Shown here: piece after piece, positions 10,025 to 25,339 of the stretch
Layout of the letters: the number at the start of each line of letters is the position of its first letter
How positions within the stretch are numbered: the first letter of the stretch is position 1
Assembly: GCF_009914755.1 (NCBI RefSeq)
Contig: NC_060926.1
Length of the DNA stretch: 64,000 bases
Direction: 5' to 3' (one strand)
DNA from: the human T2T-CHM13v2.0 reference genome, Homo sapiens
Notes under the pieces: generated by a model
The model's database searches: none
Told to the model about the DNA's origin: nothing
The model's input: only the letters and a program-made list of their open reading frames with translations
Program-made: the position numbers and the translations under genes

Positions 10025-11334
10025 TGCTGTTCCTGTCATCACAGTTTTACAAGTGCTGTAAGAAAAGGAGGCCTTCTCACTAAGAAAACATATCCCACCT
10101 GGCCACAGTGAGTCTGAGCCCTCCCTCAACCCCTCTCCTACACAGTGGCACCAGTGCAGGAGGGTGCCCTCTCTGCAGAGGACACAGCCCAGCCCAAGCA
10201 GGGCCCACACAGTGTTCAAACCCTGACCTGAGGCCTTGTCAGGCTCACGTGCACACTGAGGTGCCTAGGCCTCTGCAGAACGCCCTTCACCAGTGGAGAG
10301 GCAAAGCCCTGGGGTCTGGGCATTCAACATGTGAGGATTTGGGGTGCTTGGTTCTAGGTCCCTTAGCAAACCCCTCACTAGACCAGCAGGCCCTGGCAGC
10401 TGTGTTCAGGCATGGACCCTTCTTTACCCTTGAGACTCTAACAGCCTCCCCAGAAACAGTGCCGTTCAGTCTGCAAGGTGCAGGCTGCAGCCTCCACAGC
10501 CCCTCAGGCTTCTCAGAACTGTCTGCAGGGCCAGGATGCCGTGGTTTGGAGCATAGCCCCACTAATTAATCTCATCCTGAAGCCCTTGACTGCCTCCACT
10601 GGGAATTGAAGCACAGCCTTGCTGCACCTCCGCCTTGCCAAGCCTCAGGCAGAACTGCCCGACAGGGCCTTGACTCCAGAGAGGGTGGCAGGCGGCCTTT
10701 CTAGATTTGCCTTCTGTCTTCACCTTTTTTCCTCCTCTCACCCCTCATCTCATCTCGCCTTGAACATTCGTGTTTCTATTCCCAGCTGACTATTTTTAAT
10801 GCCTGTGGGAGTTCGAAGAAAGCTTTGTAGGGTTTTGAAATCCCCCAGTGCTCCTTTCCCCTTGAATGTGGACATGACGAGGAGGCGGAGAGCACTGTCT
10901 CAGGGCTTGGGAGACCAGGGTTCAAGATTCGGTTCTGCCTCTGCCTGTGTGACCTTGGGAAGGCCACAACACATCTTGACTTTCCCATCTGTAAAGTGGA
11001 TGTTTGGGCTACATGGATTTTGAGCCCTCAGCTATGCTATGACATCCTAGTCCATGGGGTGGTTCTGGCTGGTTGTCTGTATGTGTGTTGCACAGCCCAG
11101 CAAGGCAAAGCTCTCCGGATGCTCCCTTCCCAACATTGTCTCAGGCGCCCTTCTGCACAGACGGTGGGGATGGCATCTTTGGGCTTGACTTGATGTTATC
11201 GTGGAGCTGGACCCCAATCCCAGCTCCCCAGAGGCAGAACTGCTCTTTTCCCCAGAGCCCTTCATTCCTGTCTACTGACATAGAAACTGACATGCATATT
11301 CATCCCCCATGACCTCTTGAGGGAAGAACTGATG

Positions 11335-11763
11335 TATCCATTCATTTATATAATAAGCCTATTTTAGATTAAATGCCTAAACTGTGCCTCGCTAGGTGCT
11401 AGGAGACATGATCAGCAAAACAACCTGGTTCTGTCTTCGGGGACTTACAGTCTGGAAACACACAAGTGAATCAGGAAACCACACAAATATAACGATATGG
11501 CAAGAGCTCCAAAGCAAAGTGCAGAGAGCTGCGCGTGTGTAAGCAGGGACCTGAGCATTGTGTCTTATGGGAGCTGAAATCCTAGGATGAGTCAGGTGAG
11601 CAGGGGGAGAAGGCAAAGATGCTGAAGCCAAAGGAAACTTGGCTAGAGCGAAGTAGGGGGTGAGGAGGAATGTCTCATTCACCTTTGCATCAGGATCCCC
11701 GGCTCACACCTGGCACCTACTGCCTGTGCATAATAAGTATTTGTTGAATGAATGAATGAATGA
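11335..11763. mobile_element. L2 3'-end relics (one on - strand at ~11335-11660, one on + strand ending (TGAA)n at ~11763)
   Basis: cattcattt..tgtgcc..ggtgctaggagac, and tatttgttgaatgaatgaatgaatga. Confidence 0.6.
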
Positions 11764-12019
11764 CTTGTATAAATTCCCCTCTGACAGGCATCAAGCTGCC
11801 CAGTTTGTACAGACTAAAAGATAAGTGTTTTTGTTCTTGCTTCTTGCTACCTGTTCTTCACTGTAGTAGAAAATGTGCAAGTAACCTTCCAGGAGTCTGT
11901 ATGGAGAGATTATGCCATAAGTTTCAGCATGGAAATGGGCACTATTAGTTTCTGCTTAAATATGATAATTTAGGCTAAATATAATATTCAGATTAAAATT
12001 CTGTTGAAACAGTTGGAAA

Positions 12020-12770
12020 GTTGCCAGATTTAGCACATAAAAATGTCCCACGCAGCCACAGTATAGCAGTTCCTCAAAATGTTAAACATAGAATTACCAT
12101 ATGATCCAACAATTCCACTTCTAGGTATATACACCAAAAATAATTGAAAGCAGGGACTGAAACAGATATCTGTGCACTGATATTCATAGACACATTATTC
12201 ACAATAGCCAAAAGGTTGAAACAGCACAAATACCTATCAACAGATGAATGAACAAAATATGGTGTGCACATACAATGAAATATTATTCATCCTGAAAATG
12301 AATGACATTCTGATACATGTTACCACAGAGATGGACTTCGAAAATATCATGCTAAGTGGAATAAACCGACACAAAAGGACAAATATGATATGATTACACT
12401 TATAGAAAGTACCTAGAATAGGAAAATTTCTAGAGACAAAGAGTAGATTAGAAGTTACCATGGGCTGGGGAAAAGAAAGAACCGGGAGTTGTTTTTTAAT
12501 GGGTATAGAGTTCAGGTAATGAAAAAGTTCTAGAAATGGATAGTGGTAATGGTTGCACAACACTGTGAATATGTATAACACCCCTAAAATGTATACTTCA
12601 AAAGGGTTAAAATGGTAAATGTTATGTAGATTTTACCACAATTTTTTAAAGAGCATCTTGATTTTTTTTAAGTCCCCTGTAATACTTGGGACACACTTAA
12701 ACTGAAAAATTGCTCATTATCTGAAATGTAAATTTGATGAGATGCCCTATATTTTACCTGATAATCCTAA
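12020..12770 (+). mobile_element. L1MB-type 3' end (~12055-12650) within MER53-like flanks
   Basis: catagaattaccatatgatccaacaattccacttctaggtatatac..., flanked by gttgccagatttagca and ..tattttacctgataatccta. Confidence 0.75.
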
Positions 12771-14984
12771 TTGAAGAGCTTTCTCTTCACCATGGGATTC
12801 CTGGGACCTTACCAAAATTTCAGGGCCATATTTCCCAAACCAAAAATTTGTGCTTAAGATTTGATAATAAAGAGTGTAGAAAACAGTTGCAGAAAGTCAG
12901 GAGGAGTCGTGCCTACCCTAATTATAGATTGAACCATAGAGAGAGGCCACAAAGTGACTCCCTCAGCCCTTGCTCACTCCATCAATGAAGAGGTAGAGAT
13001 TAGAAATCTTGGTTGGTTTCCCATCTGTTGTTTAATCATCATGATCCACAAATGCTGTAAAAGCTGGTTATAAACCCCTTCTTACGATTGACCACGTGGC
13101 TAGAATTACAGTTGCAGATGGCGATGCTCATGCGTGCGACTCAGACGATAGCCTTGTCCCCTGCCATCAATGGATCTTCACACCAGAGTTGGTAAGAACC
13201 CATGGGGTGCCCAGATGCCTAATTGTACCAGCATTTGCACCCGTGCCTTCTCAAAGAAAGAAACCGCCTGAACAGCTCATTGTGCAGCACGAAACAACAG
13301 GTGCAAAAGGCAAAGGCCACTTTGGAGCCATTTGGACCAAAGAACATGACTCTGCATAACAAGTGCCACAAACTTGGTGTGCCTGCATCAACCTGCCTGT
13401 GAGATGGGCTCAGCATCCTGCCACAGCCCCAGAGTCTGCAGTGGTGTTCCAGGTGGTCCCACCTACTCCTTCTCTCAACAGAATGAAAGACAGCTGGGAG
13501 GGCATAGCACGAAGTGATGGGTCGCGTCCAATTCATTTTTACTAGGTGCTGACAAGTCACTGCAAAAGTCTGGAAATGTGTAGCACAGCAAAAACACACG
13601 GGTCACAATGCACTGGTGAATGATTACCACAGGAGAAATTCATTACAGGCTGCTCTCAGCTCCCATCACATAAGGAAGTGTTACATTAACAAGATGGAAG
13701 GTCCCTGTGGTCCCCTCCCCAACACAGCCCCCACTGCCACCGCCTGCCACCCCACTATTTCAATTTGTGTTGCATGGTGGGAACAGAGCCCACAGGCGGG
13801 GGAGGTTAATTCTGCTGCACTAATCAAAAAGGGGGACGCAGTGGCAGCCAAAGCCAAGCGAAGCAGATTTGACCTGCGCACTGCATGAAATCCCTTCTGC
13901 CAGCCTGCACCGGTTAGGACCGTCATCTTTGGGCACCTAGATGTGGCACGAACACAGGGTGACTCTTCTGTTAGCTGTTCATGTAACTTGCTTCCTATGG
14001 AGAGAGCGTGTTGTTTCCCTATACCCTCATCCCTGGCCCTCATCCCTATTGGCACCCAGTTCCCTTGGGTTTTTAACCTTTTCTCACACAGACACTGACG
14101 GGGAACCTAGTTGTTGCCAGCATGGAAGCTGTGCTAGAGACTGTGGAGTAGCCAAGAAGAATAAGACATGCTGGGCTTGGAGCTGCTCTGGAACAAGTTC
14201 GGGGGTGATGGGGACGGAGCACCTCCCATTTGTAGAGGTTGATAAATCAAATGGCCTTTAGGTCCTTGCTCTCCAGTGTCACATGCAGTCTATGTCTCGT
14301 TCTTCCCTCTAATCTCCCTTCTCCAATTACCACTTCCCACATTAAGGATTCACGGGCCACAAATGGAGGGTCAGCAGAGAGGCAACTGCGTGAGACAGAA
14401 GGGTCAACAGTTCTTCCTTAATGGGATTTCTGCTCCTTCAAGATGCCATTCACATGCAGAGGCACCGGCCAAAGGGACCTACTTTTAAAGTCAAATGCAC
14501 GGCCAGGCCCAAGATGGATGGCTCTGCCTGGGAAGGGGGGCTCTGGACAGGTGCCTTCCTAAGGAGCCCAAAACACTCAGTGTCTTGGCCTCACTCCTGT
14601 GCCCCACCTCTCACCACTGAGAGGCCCGGTGAGTTCCTGTGGCAAATGTCAGCCTGAAGTGGATGAGCCAACCCCAGCGCACTCACCAGCCAATGCGATG
14701 TTAAATATTAAACCTCCCTGTAGCCGGCCTGGGCTGAAAGCCGCCGTTTCATTATGCAGCTTTCTCTGGGCTTAAGAAGAAGAGAGCTCGCCTCTCCCAA
14801 AAGCTCACCGTGGAGACTCACCCTCAGCCTTCTGGGCATCAGGGAAACCTTCAAAACGGTTCAATTTGTCCAAGCCCATCTATCTTTAATGTCACAGTCT
14901 ACATTTTCTCCTCTCCTCCTTTTTCAAAGCAGCCAAAAAGGAAAATGTCACTGCATTTGGGGCCAATTCAAAAGCCAGGCTTAG

Positions 14985-15500
<516 letters not shown>

Positions 15501-18067
15501 TAGAAACTGTATTCCCCAAATTTGTCCAAAACACATGGAATTGTCCCCAGCCGTGGCAGATGCGGTTAGGAGCACTGTTGGCACCTCCCCTCCCCTGTGT
15601 GCCTTAAAAAGACCCTTTAAGCTGTGCAGGGCAGGTGGCAGCTCAGATGAAGATGACAATCAGAATGTATCGCTGACAGTCTCTGGCTCACCCAGGAATA
15701 GAGAGCCAAAGCACTGATTGATACCTGAGAGGGTAGCTGTCTTAGGGAGGACACAGAAGAGAGATAAGGGACTCAATCAGTGTCAGAGCTGTCCCAACAC
15801 AACACAGCCATTAATCACTTTGGGTAAAGATTCTTGGCTGCTGAAGTAGAGGAGGGCGAGCAGGTAATAGAAAAACAGAGGGAGAAGCAGCTGTGTGGGC
15901 CGGACAGTTCCAGGATGGACAAGGCGCTTGGCCTCACCTGGATGGATGGACAGGCAGGCCTGATTTGGAGATCTCCATCTGTCCATTCTCAGCCCAAGGA
16001 AAATGCCCACAGGATTTTCCTAAATTCATTGCACAGAATTAAAATATAATCCAGGGTGAACTTTAAAGTATGTGAATTATGTCTCAATAAGGCTATTATA
16101 AATATATAGACTCCAATCAGCAGCCCAGGACAGCTGCAGTAGAAACCCTCCCTCCTGCCGCCCTCCCACCACATGGATGCAGAGGAGACCATTGCTGATA
16201 TTCTCTCCTTGTCCTTACCCACTGGTACCTGAATGAGATGCAGCACGTGGTGAACCATGAGGAAAACAGGGCTCAAAGACTCAGCATTTCGATGAGAAAA
16301 GATCCCTCCCATTCCAGAAAGCCGCAAGACTGCACTTCAGCAATTCCCAACCATATTACGCATGTGATTAGAACTGGCCGAGCACATTTTAGAGACTGTC
16401 TTTCAATGTGTTTTAATTAGACATTTAAAAACAATAACCCTGTTTTTTTGTCCAGGGAACAGAGATTCCTAAGTTGGAAATAATGAATGGATTAGTGATT
16501 AATTCATTGCTGGCAGGTGTGGGGAGAAGCTGTCTGTAGCTTCTTAGTTTTTTTTGTCCCCTTTCTCTCTTAAGATTGTTCTTTCTTATTTTAATTAATT
16601 TTCTTGCCACCCCAGCACTTCTCTTATCAAATATTCAAATAAACTAAACAAGTGGAGTATACTGAGACCAAAGTACTCAATATGGTGTTTAATTGGAATT
16701 GTAGCCTGTTTTCTCCCTGAGGGGTAGCAGATACCTGGAAGCTTTTCCTGGCAGTGGAAATGGACTCCAAAAGTGCATTTTTAGCATCTAGTTAATCTTC
16801 CTTTCAGGTGCCGAGGGCATGGCTTGATTGAAACAGGGAGCAGCCATTGGGTGATTTGTGGTTACTCTTGCCTTGCCTGGTAAGGAACAGAAGTGAGAAC
16901 ATAGCGAGGCTGTGAATCTTCTCTCCATTCACTCTGCTCCACTGTTTGCATGCTTGTGTCTGTGCCACATGAATGCTCGACACTGGGGGCATGATCCAGC
17001 TGTTGGACATGCCAGGTCTGGTGACGGCTGCCTGCCCTTGGCTGCCAGCATCTCACTCAGCTCAGCAGGAGGGCTGCCATCACTGCTGATGCTTACAACA
17101 TAGTTTGGCACAAATATCCTGCATCCATGTCCTCAAACCCAAGCCACAATCAGCAGGGAGGGGCAGGGCATGTGCTCATGTGCAAGGGCCACAGCACTAG
17201 CCTCTCAGTGAATGTGAACTTTATGGTCTGTCCTTTTCAAAAGAACACTGCTCAGAACAGCTATGGCGCAGTGCACTTTCTAAACTCGGGACTATCTTGA
17301 ATGAGTGAGCAGTCCCGTATGACACTAGATCTGCAATGGAGCCAGAGCTGTTGGCTACTTCAAAATGAGTTACAGGTTTCAGAACACCACTTGGTGCCTT
17401 CTAACAGTGTGAGATCCCTTAGCAGAGACAGCCTTGGCTACCTTCTCAAAAGCAGACACATGGTTGAGCCCTGACCATATATTTATCCATAAATGATGGT
17501 GAGTACTAATAAAGAAGGAATGGAAGAGGAGTTTTTAAGGTGGGTCTCTGGAGGCCATGGTTTCATTCAGCCCAAAGTATTTTCCTCCAGATTGAAGCAA
17601 AGACAGAAGTAGCCTGCTGTGACTAATGGAGCTCAGGTGATTGCTTGCCAAGCATTTTAATAATGGGGTGGCTGACAGGTGGAATAGGGTGGGGATGGTG
17701 GAAAAGAGCAATGGACAGTAGGGACATGGTCAGCAGTTAGCTGGTAAAGAAATGAGCATTGCTTCCAAAGGCTTCCAAAACTAGGCAGCGGGGAATGAGG
17801 GATTCAGCCAGAGGAAAGATTTCCTGGTACTTCCCTCCATTTTTTTTTCTCTCTCCCAAGTTTGGAAGCATCAGAGCTGGAAAATTGGGACACACATCCC
17901 TAAAGGAGTTCCTATTGGGTGACCATGTATATGGTTTTTAAATTCTCAAGGATAAACTACTGGACAGCTACAAAGAAAAGGAGAAAGTTCTTTATGTATA
18001 AATATGAAAAGATCTTTAAGACATACAGTTAAACAAAAAATCAAGGTGAAGAACCATGCCTAATATG

Positions 18068-18232
18068 CAGGATATGTAATTTGTAATTTGCAGAGTCCAG
18101 TGTGAAATGAAATTATAGGGTTCAAAATTATTAAGAATTTCAAGCCAGTGACAGCAAAGCATGAAATCAACTGCACCACCCTCCTGCACTCAGAGCCCTG
18201 TGTATCTTCCACACTCCCACGCAGTCAGTCCT
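18068..18232. mobile_element. MER45A-like DNA transposon amid old L1ME fragments
   Basis: ttcaaaattattaagaatttcaag..gacagcaaagcat..gccctgtgt. Confidence 0.55.
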
Positions 18233-18937
18233 GCCGGTATGTTTCCATTGCAGTAAACCTAAAATGTTAAGTAAGAAATAAGTACGGTTTTCCTATGGGC
18301 AGGGGGGCTGAGAACTACGAGGAAGGAGGACAAAAGAGGGAGGAGAATTTCCACTGTATACCTATTTATATTTGTCAATATTTGAATCATGTAAATGAAT
18401 TACCTATTCAAAAATTTAAATAATTTAAAAAAGTCCTCAGGGCTCCACAAAACCCCATGCAGACCCTAAGCAACACGTGGAATCCCATTCACATTTATCA
18501 GTGATTACATGTTGCTATGTGGAGGTCCTGTGCATGGGAAGAAGCTATGAGAACAGAAGCATCTGATTATAATAACTGAAGCAACAGCTATCCTCTTTCT
18601 CACCCAGTCACTTGCTTGCCACTGGACATAGATTTCTATGAAGCCAAATAAAACAGAAAATGTTTTCTCACTCTGTGATCTCTATCAGGTTCCTCTCACC
18701 CCTGTGAACTTCAGTAGGCCTCGGGCATATGGGCTACTGCTTATTTTCACAGCTGCCCTATAGGTTAATAAGTGCTACTCTTCTGAGCAGAGAGACTCTA
18801 AATCTCATTAAAAGAGTGGGTTAGATGAATGCATCCACAGTAACAGTAATAATCAGAAATAACAAGGTGCTTCCAGTTTGACAAGACCCACTTGTGTGTC
18901 TCCACAATGGTGCCACTCAGAGAAATGGGAGGCACCT

Positions 18938-19349
18938 TGTATTAGTGTGTTCTCACACCGCTATAAAGAACTACCCGAGACTGGGTAATTTATTAAAAAA
19001 AAAAAAAAAGAGAGAGAGATTAATTGACTCACAGTTGCGCAGGCTGTATAGGAGGCAATGGATGGGGAGGCCTTAGGAAACTTACAATCATGGGGGAAGG
19101 CGAAGGGAAAACCAGTATGTCTTACGTGGTGGGAGCAGGAGGAAGACAGAGAGAAGTAGGAGGTGCCACACATTTTAAAACAACCAGATCTCGTGAGGAC
19201 TCTATTACAAGAAAGCATTCAGGGGATGGTACTAAGCCATTAGAAGCCACCCCCATGATCCAATCACCTCCCACCAGGCCCCACCTCAAACACTTGGGAT
19301 CACAATTCAACATGAGATTTGGGTGGGGACACAGAGCCAAACCATATCA
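18938..19349 (-). mobile_element. MSTA-like MaLR solo LTR
   Basis: tgtattagt..ggacacagagccaaaccatatca, 5-bp TSD cacct/ctcct. Confidence 0.85.
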
Positions 19350-19374
19350 CTCCTGAACCACAAATAATCAAATC

Positions 19375-19595
19375 AATAATAGTTTGCATGTATTGAGTAC
19401 CTACAATGTATTAAATGAATTATTCATTTAATCCTCACGATTCCTGCAAGGCAGATTCTACTGCTTTTTGCATTCTATAGATCAGGAGAAGTCCAAAAAG
19501 GAGAAGTAACTTGCCAAACACTGCCCTGTAAGTAAAGGAAGGAGCCAGATTTGAACACAGACATTCTAGCGCCAAAGACCATACTCTCAACCGTT
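19375..19595 (-). mobile_element. MIR relic
   Basis: tcatttaatcctcac..gaagtaacttgcc..ggagccagatttgaac. Confidence 0.7.
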
Positions 19596-20709
19596 AATCA
19601 CAAAGAAGAGAAGCCTCGCTTTTCAAGTAAATGATCCATATAGTAAAGATCATTGGCTAAAATGTAGTACATCATCTTAGCCGTTCCACTCAACAAAATC
19701 TTCTACCCTCCAGAACACAATGGGGATAATTTAGAAGTAAGGGCTGCAGATTTTTATTTTGGTAAATATGGCTATGAATTCTTTTGTGCCATCAAGTCAG
19801 ATGAATGCTAGGCTCACCATTGCTTGAGGCCTGCATTAGTGTTCAGTATGGCCCTGAATTCTCTATTCTTTGGAAACAACATTTCTAAGATGATGGCAAC
19901 TTGACAGCTCTTGGAAACAATTTCCTAGGGACTTACCCACAAGATCTCCAAGTGATGCAAGAGGCTGAGGCAGTTAAGAAGAGTGAGGGAGGAATTACTT
20001 CCAAGAGTACAGATAAGTCAAGAAAATAATCTAGAGTCACAGAAGATCAAGATCAGAGGCAGATGTTCACATTCCTGGGCTGAGGAAAAGACTCCAGGCC
20101 TTGGCTCAAATTGGCCGTAGAAATTGTATGAAGGTGGAATTAAACCCCAACATTCCCTGGGAACTTTCCCCCTTCTAAGTTGTCTAAGACACCAAGAACA
20201 AGTATCTATACAAGAGTACTGTACACATATCTGTACTATCTATCTTGTCCTGCATTTATCTTCTACCAAATTGTGGTGTCTACTTTGATGAGAAAGCCAA
20301 TTTCAGATCTTTCTGTCTCAGAACCAAAAAACACTACAAGGCACAAGATGGGTCTTTAATATATGTTTGTTGAAATGGCAAATGAATGAATGAATGATTC
20401 ATCAGTCAATTGATAAACACCCTTAATCCTTAATAGCCATGTTATGCAAGTAATATCTCATTATGACAATTCAACCTCTCCCTGCAGCTCACCAATAAAA
20501 TATTCAAATGTTTTTTATTCTAATGACACTTTGTGATAATTGCTAGAAATCCTATTCCCAGGAGGCAGGAGCCAAAGATGAAACCAAACCAATATCAGAT
20601 TTCCTCATCAAGACTTGGAAAGTGAAAACAAAATGACTTGAATGCAATAAAAGGGAATATTTTGCAGATCAGCTTAATATATTGCCCTTGAAGTGCTTAA
20701 ATGTGTTTG

Positions 20710-20879
20710 TGTGATGTTGTCAAGTAACTACTCAATAAATACTTTAAAGCTTGTTTGGCTTGTTGAAATTTAAAATATTAAGAAAAAGAAAAGAAGTTTG
20801 ACTGATTTTTGCAAATTCAATACCCAAAGTAGTGTAGAAGAAAATAAAAGCAGCTGGGATTTGTGTAGTTGCTAATTTA
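20710..20879 (+). repeat. Copy 1 of a diverged ~170-bp direct repeat
   Basis: Shares TGTGATGTTGTCAA, AAATTTAAAATATTAAGAAAA and CAAATTCA in colinear order with 22130-22294. Confidence 0.85.
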
Positions 20880-21372
20880 GTTGAAGAATAATCATCCATC
20901 TAAGCAAAAATACTTCCTCTGCCACATCTGGAGAAACCAGTTGTAGAGGGAAAGTGTGGGTTGGTTGCCAAAAGGACATTTTCCATATTGAAGAAAATCT
21001 TAATTTTATGCAAATTGCCATTCGATCTTTTATTTTTTTTCTCTTTCCTCTTTCAAAGCAATGAAATACAGGAAGCAAAAAGGTGATTTGGAGACTTTTA
21101 TGGAATTGATAAAGTCATACTTTCTTAGGAAAGAGATTAGCTGAAACTTGGCCAGGTGATAAGACATTACAAGAAGGTCAAAGTATTAAAGATTTCCAAA
21201 AAAAGCTGCAGGATGAGAAAGTCTGCCAGTAGCTTATAAGAAGAGACCAAGGGATTGGGGATTTTCAACATTAACAGGAATTGAAAATCTGGACCTTTAC
21301 TTAAAGGAAAAGTAGAGTTACTTTTAAACAATGATTGATAATAATCAAAGTCTACTGGGATAAAGAACTTAA

Positions 21373-21992
<620 letters not shown>

Positions 21993-22045
21993 TCGTTAAA
22001 TATGTTCCAGGTACTGTCCCGGATCTCTGCAGCTGTAGCAACGAA

Positions 22046-22059
22046 GCGCCACCTACTGG
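22046..22059 (-). promoter_or_regulatory. CTCF core motif CCAGTAGGTGGCGC
   Basis: Exact fit to the CCASYAGRKGGCRS consensus in non-repeat sequence. Confidence 0.75.
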
Positions 22060-22129
22060 AAATTTACCAAATTACAGGCATAATGGAAAGGAGAACCGAG
22101 AAATCAGTGTAGTGATTTTGTCATTTAAC

Positions 22130-22294
22130 TGTGATGTTGTCAAATAACACTCTATAAATGTTTCAAAGCTTACCTGGCTTATTCAAATTTAAAATATTAA
22201 GAAAATTAAAATAGGTTTGAATGATGTTCACAAATTCATACTAAAAGTAATGTGGGAGAAAAATAAGCAGTGGATTTGTATAATGACTAATTTA
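22130..22294 (+). repeat. Copy 2 of a diverged ~170-bp direct repeat
   Basis: Colinear with 20710-20879, offset 1420 bp. Confidence 0.85.
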
Positions 22295-22854
22295 TTATAA
22301 AGTTTCAGAGTCTAGGACACATAGAAACAGGACACAGGAGGAAGGTTGGAAAGCCACAGAAACACATTTTACCTACTTTTCTATTCTTCCTGCTTCTCGC
22401 TGGAAGTAATGGGCTGATAATTAACCTCAAGCCAATTTGTTATGCTTGATTTAAGAAGTCACCATTTGGCTGCAAATCTGTTTTGCCCCACTTGCACATC
22501 TCTCCAGGTAAGGCATGTCCAAACCTGCCTTACTCATTCTATGTATGTTCTTCTGATTCCATTGCAACCTCTCCCTCATGTGGGAGGATGTGGGAAGGAA
22601 ATGGAATTGAATGAAAAGGAAGTCTGTACCAGACAGCATTTTGCCCCCTCCCAAATACATATCATGACAACCATCAAGGAATTCCATCAAGGAATAGGAG
22701 CTCTGGGTGACACAGCTTCCTCCCATGGAGAGGTGTTTGACTTGGGAAGTAAGATACTGCTATACCAACCTCTCATTTCTCCATTCATCAGCAACAATAG
22801 ATGGCACAAGGCATCCAACCCTTGCAGGAAGCAGCTGCCTTACAGCATGGCATG

Positions 22855-23040
22855 AAAAAGCATGGAGCATTTGGCTTTAGACAGTAATTTACATGACCAA
22901 GGGCAAATTACTTAGCCTCTCTAAGCATCATTTTCCTCCTCTATTAAAGAGGTATTCTTACCTTGTGGGGTTGTAAGAATTTGAGTAATACATGCAAAAT
23001 GCCTGGGATGTAATAGGTGTTCAATAAATGGTAGTTATTA
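22855..23040 (+). mobile_element. MIR relic
   Basis: gggcaaattacttagcctctctaagcatcattttcctc..gttcaataaatggtagttatt. Confidence 0.7.
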
Positions 23041-24839
23041 TTTTATGCATGAGACTCGGGCTAATGTATGTGTGAGCATTTAGTTATTAATTAGAAGGTA
23101 AATGAAAGCTGGCTGGAGGGAATTGCATTTGACCTTTAGCAAATTATTTCATTTAGATGCGCTGATGCAAAACTCTCACGTCTTATGAAGAAAGACAAAA
23201 ATAAATCGGGCTGACAAAAGATATTTTAAAAAATACTCAATCTCCCTCCAACATCCTCTCAGTCTATGGCCACCCCACTATAATTTATATGCCATCTGAG
23301 GAGATGTTTGTGCCTTTCCCTCTCTTGTCATAGTCAATCGCTGGCTGATCAGGGGCCAGACTCAGCTCTGAAAAACCTTTTTGAGAATCTGCATCTAATG
23401 ACTGCTCCAAAAAAGAACTCCTAATGCTTTTCGTTTTTCCTCCAAATAAGCTTGCCGTCAAATTAGCTTAGGTGTATTGTCTAAATTATCCCTAGGCTGA
23501 GTTTGGCACAACCGGTGCAACATGATGCAGGGGCCTGATGCATTTGTTTCTCCACAGGCCCATTTTATTGAACGACAAAGAGAACCTGCCACACTCCATG
23601 TAAAGCACCTTATGGGAGCCCATGTTATGGGAGTCCATTTGTTTGCAGAACCATGGTCTATTACAGGAAGGGCAGAAGCATCTGTGCCAGCTGATGAGAG
23701 GAAAGGGAAAAGAGAAAGTGACAAAGGTTTGCGGCAGACCAGAAACAGAAGAGACACATAGACACATCGTGACCTTATCTTGCAAATCCTTGGAAGTTCA
23801 CTATGTGTGCAGGAGTTCTGAGACTTGACAAATCAATGGGAGACAAAAGAAGGAGGGCTAATGAGAGGATGAGGATCCATGAAGGTGTTTCCATGGTGGA
23901 GAGCAATGCATGAAAGAAGTAGCAGCTTGCAAGAGACTAAGAGCGATTAAAAGGCTGGGGCTAGCCCTTTTTGGCAGAAAAGGCAGTGACAAAGAACTGA
24001 CTGACAGCAGTAGGGAAGAAGAGAGATAAGTCTACTGCACTTAAGGGAAAAAAGAACTAGAAAAAAAAGGAGAGCTGTAACAGGAAATCAATTGCTGATA
24101 CTACCCTGCTGGAAATATTGCAGATCCCACGACTAAAAGGAAAGAGATTGGTGTTTTTCACATGTGATTCTCTCACGCTGTATAACACATGGGTAATTGG
24201 TGCTATCAGGGGCCTCATCTTCAGTTTCTCTGTCTCTCAACATAGCTGGGATAAGGATGTATTAGAAAGTCCAACCCAATGAACTTTGCAAAAGGGCTGT
24301 GATTAGCTTTGGAAGGCTCCGACTGTGCAAGCAGCCAATATAATAAGCTCACTTGTTGTGACTGATTACAGCTATTACCAAGCCTGCATATTTCTGCCTT
24401 CTAATGCCCACAGAGGAGTGGGAAGGAAAGTCAGCCAAGCATCCCTGGGACTGGTTTATTAAGCTAATATACCAGGCATTGCCCATTTTGCATCCTGAGA
24501 AGCCATCAAGCCCTTTGAACTTAGCATTTTCATTAGAAATCATCTATTTTAAATAATGATACAGTGAATCTTTAGACTGCTTTTTATCCAAGGACCTCAA
24601 AATACATTACTATTACTGCTGATTCTTAGCATTTGGAAGATGGTATTACATTAATTTTCTAGATGGTTAAACCAAAGCATCTAATGGTGAAATGCAAAAT
24701 CAGCTGCAAAGGTAGGGAGAGTTTAGAGTACTCATTTATCTTATCATTTATCTCCATAACTCCATTTACTGTGCACATGCCAGTACCCAGAGGCATAATT
24801 ATGAGCTAGGAGCACATGAAGACTTTATGAATGTCCATT

Positions 24840-25235
24840 TGTGGAGGACATTGCTCATGTTGGTGGCTGCCTGACAACTTTCAGGTATGCTTCTTATGTT
24901 TGGGGAGGAGCTCACTTTCCTAGTTTCCTTTGCAGGGGCAAGGCAGACATGTGACCTGGAATCTACTAATCAGATGCTCTGGTGAAAGCAACAAGTCTGA
25001 TTTCTGGTGCAGAAGTTGAACACAGCAAATTATAGTGTCAATGTCGTGATGGTGGCAGCAGAAGCTTCCCCATCAAACCAGTTTGACAGCACAGTCGTAG
25101 GCATGTTTCTGGAAGTTTAACCTCTTACCTGGTTCTCCAGCTCTTAAAATGATTTTACAAACTCTTTTTAACAAACACTTTCTCTGCAAAATTAGCCAGA
25201 CTCAGCTTCTGTCACTTGCATCTAAAAACCCTGAA
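24840..25235 (+). mobile_element. Old ERVL-type solo LTR (LTR33-like)
   Basis: catgtgacctgg..taatcagatgc, with 3' end ttagccagactcagcttctgtcacttgcatctaaaaaccctga. Confidence 0.5.
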
Positions 25236-25339
25236 AAGTATTCCCTTATAGCCCATGAAAAATAGAGGGTTACAGACCTTTTTTAGTACTTTTAGATGGT
25301 TTGAAAACTGATTATCAGTCCATTTTGAAACTTAATTTA

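Noticed and set aside
9528-10569. 148-aa and 153-aa ORFs
   Set aside because: Low-information P/S/G-rich translations of GC-rich DNA with no domain or exon structure.
13096-13599. Possible processed pseudogene
   Set aside because: No recognisable protein in any frame and no poly(A) tail or TSD.
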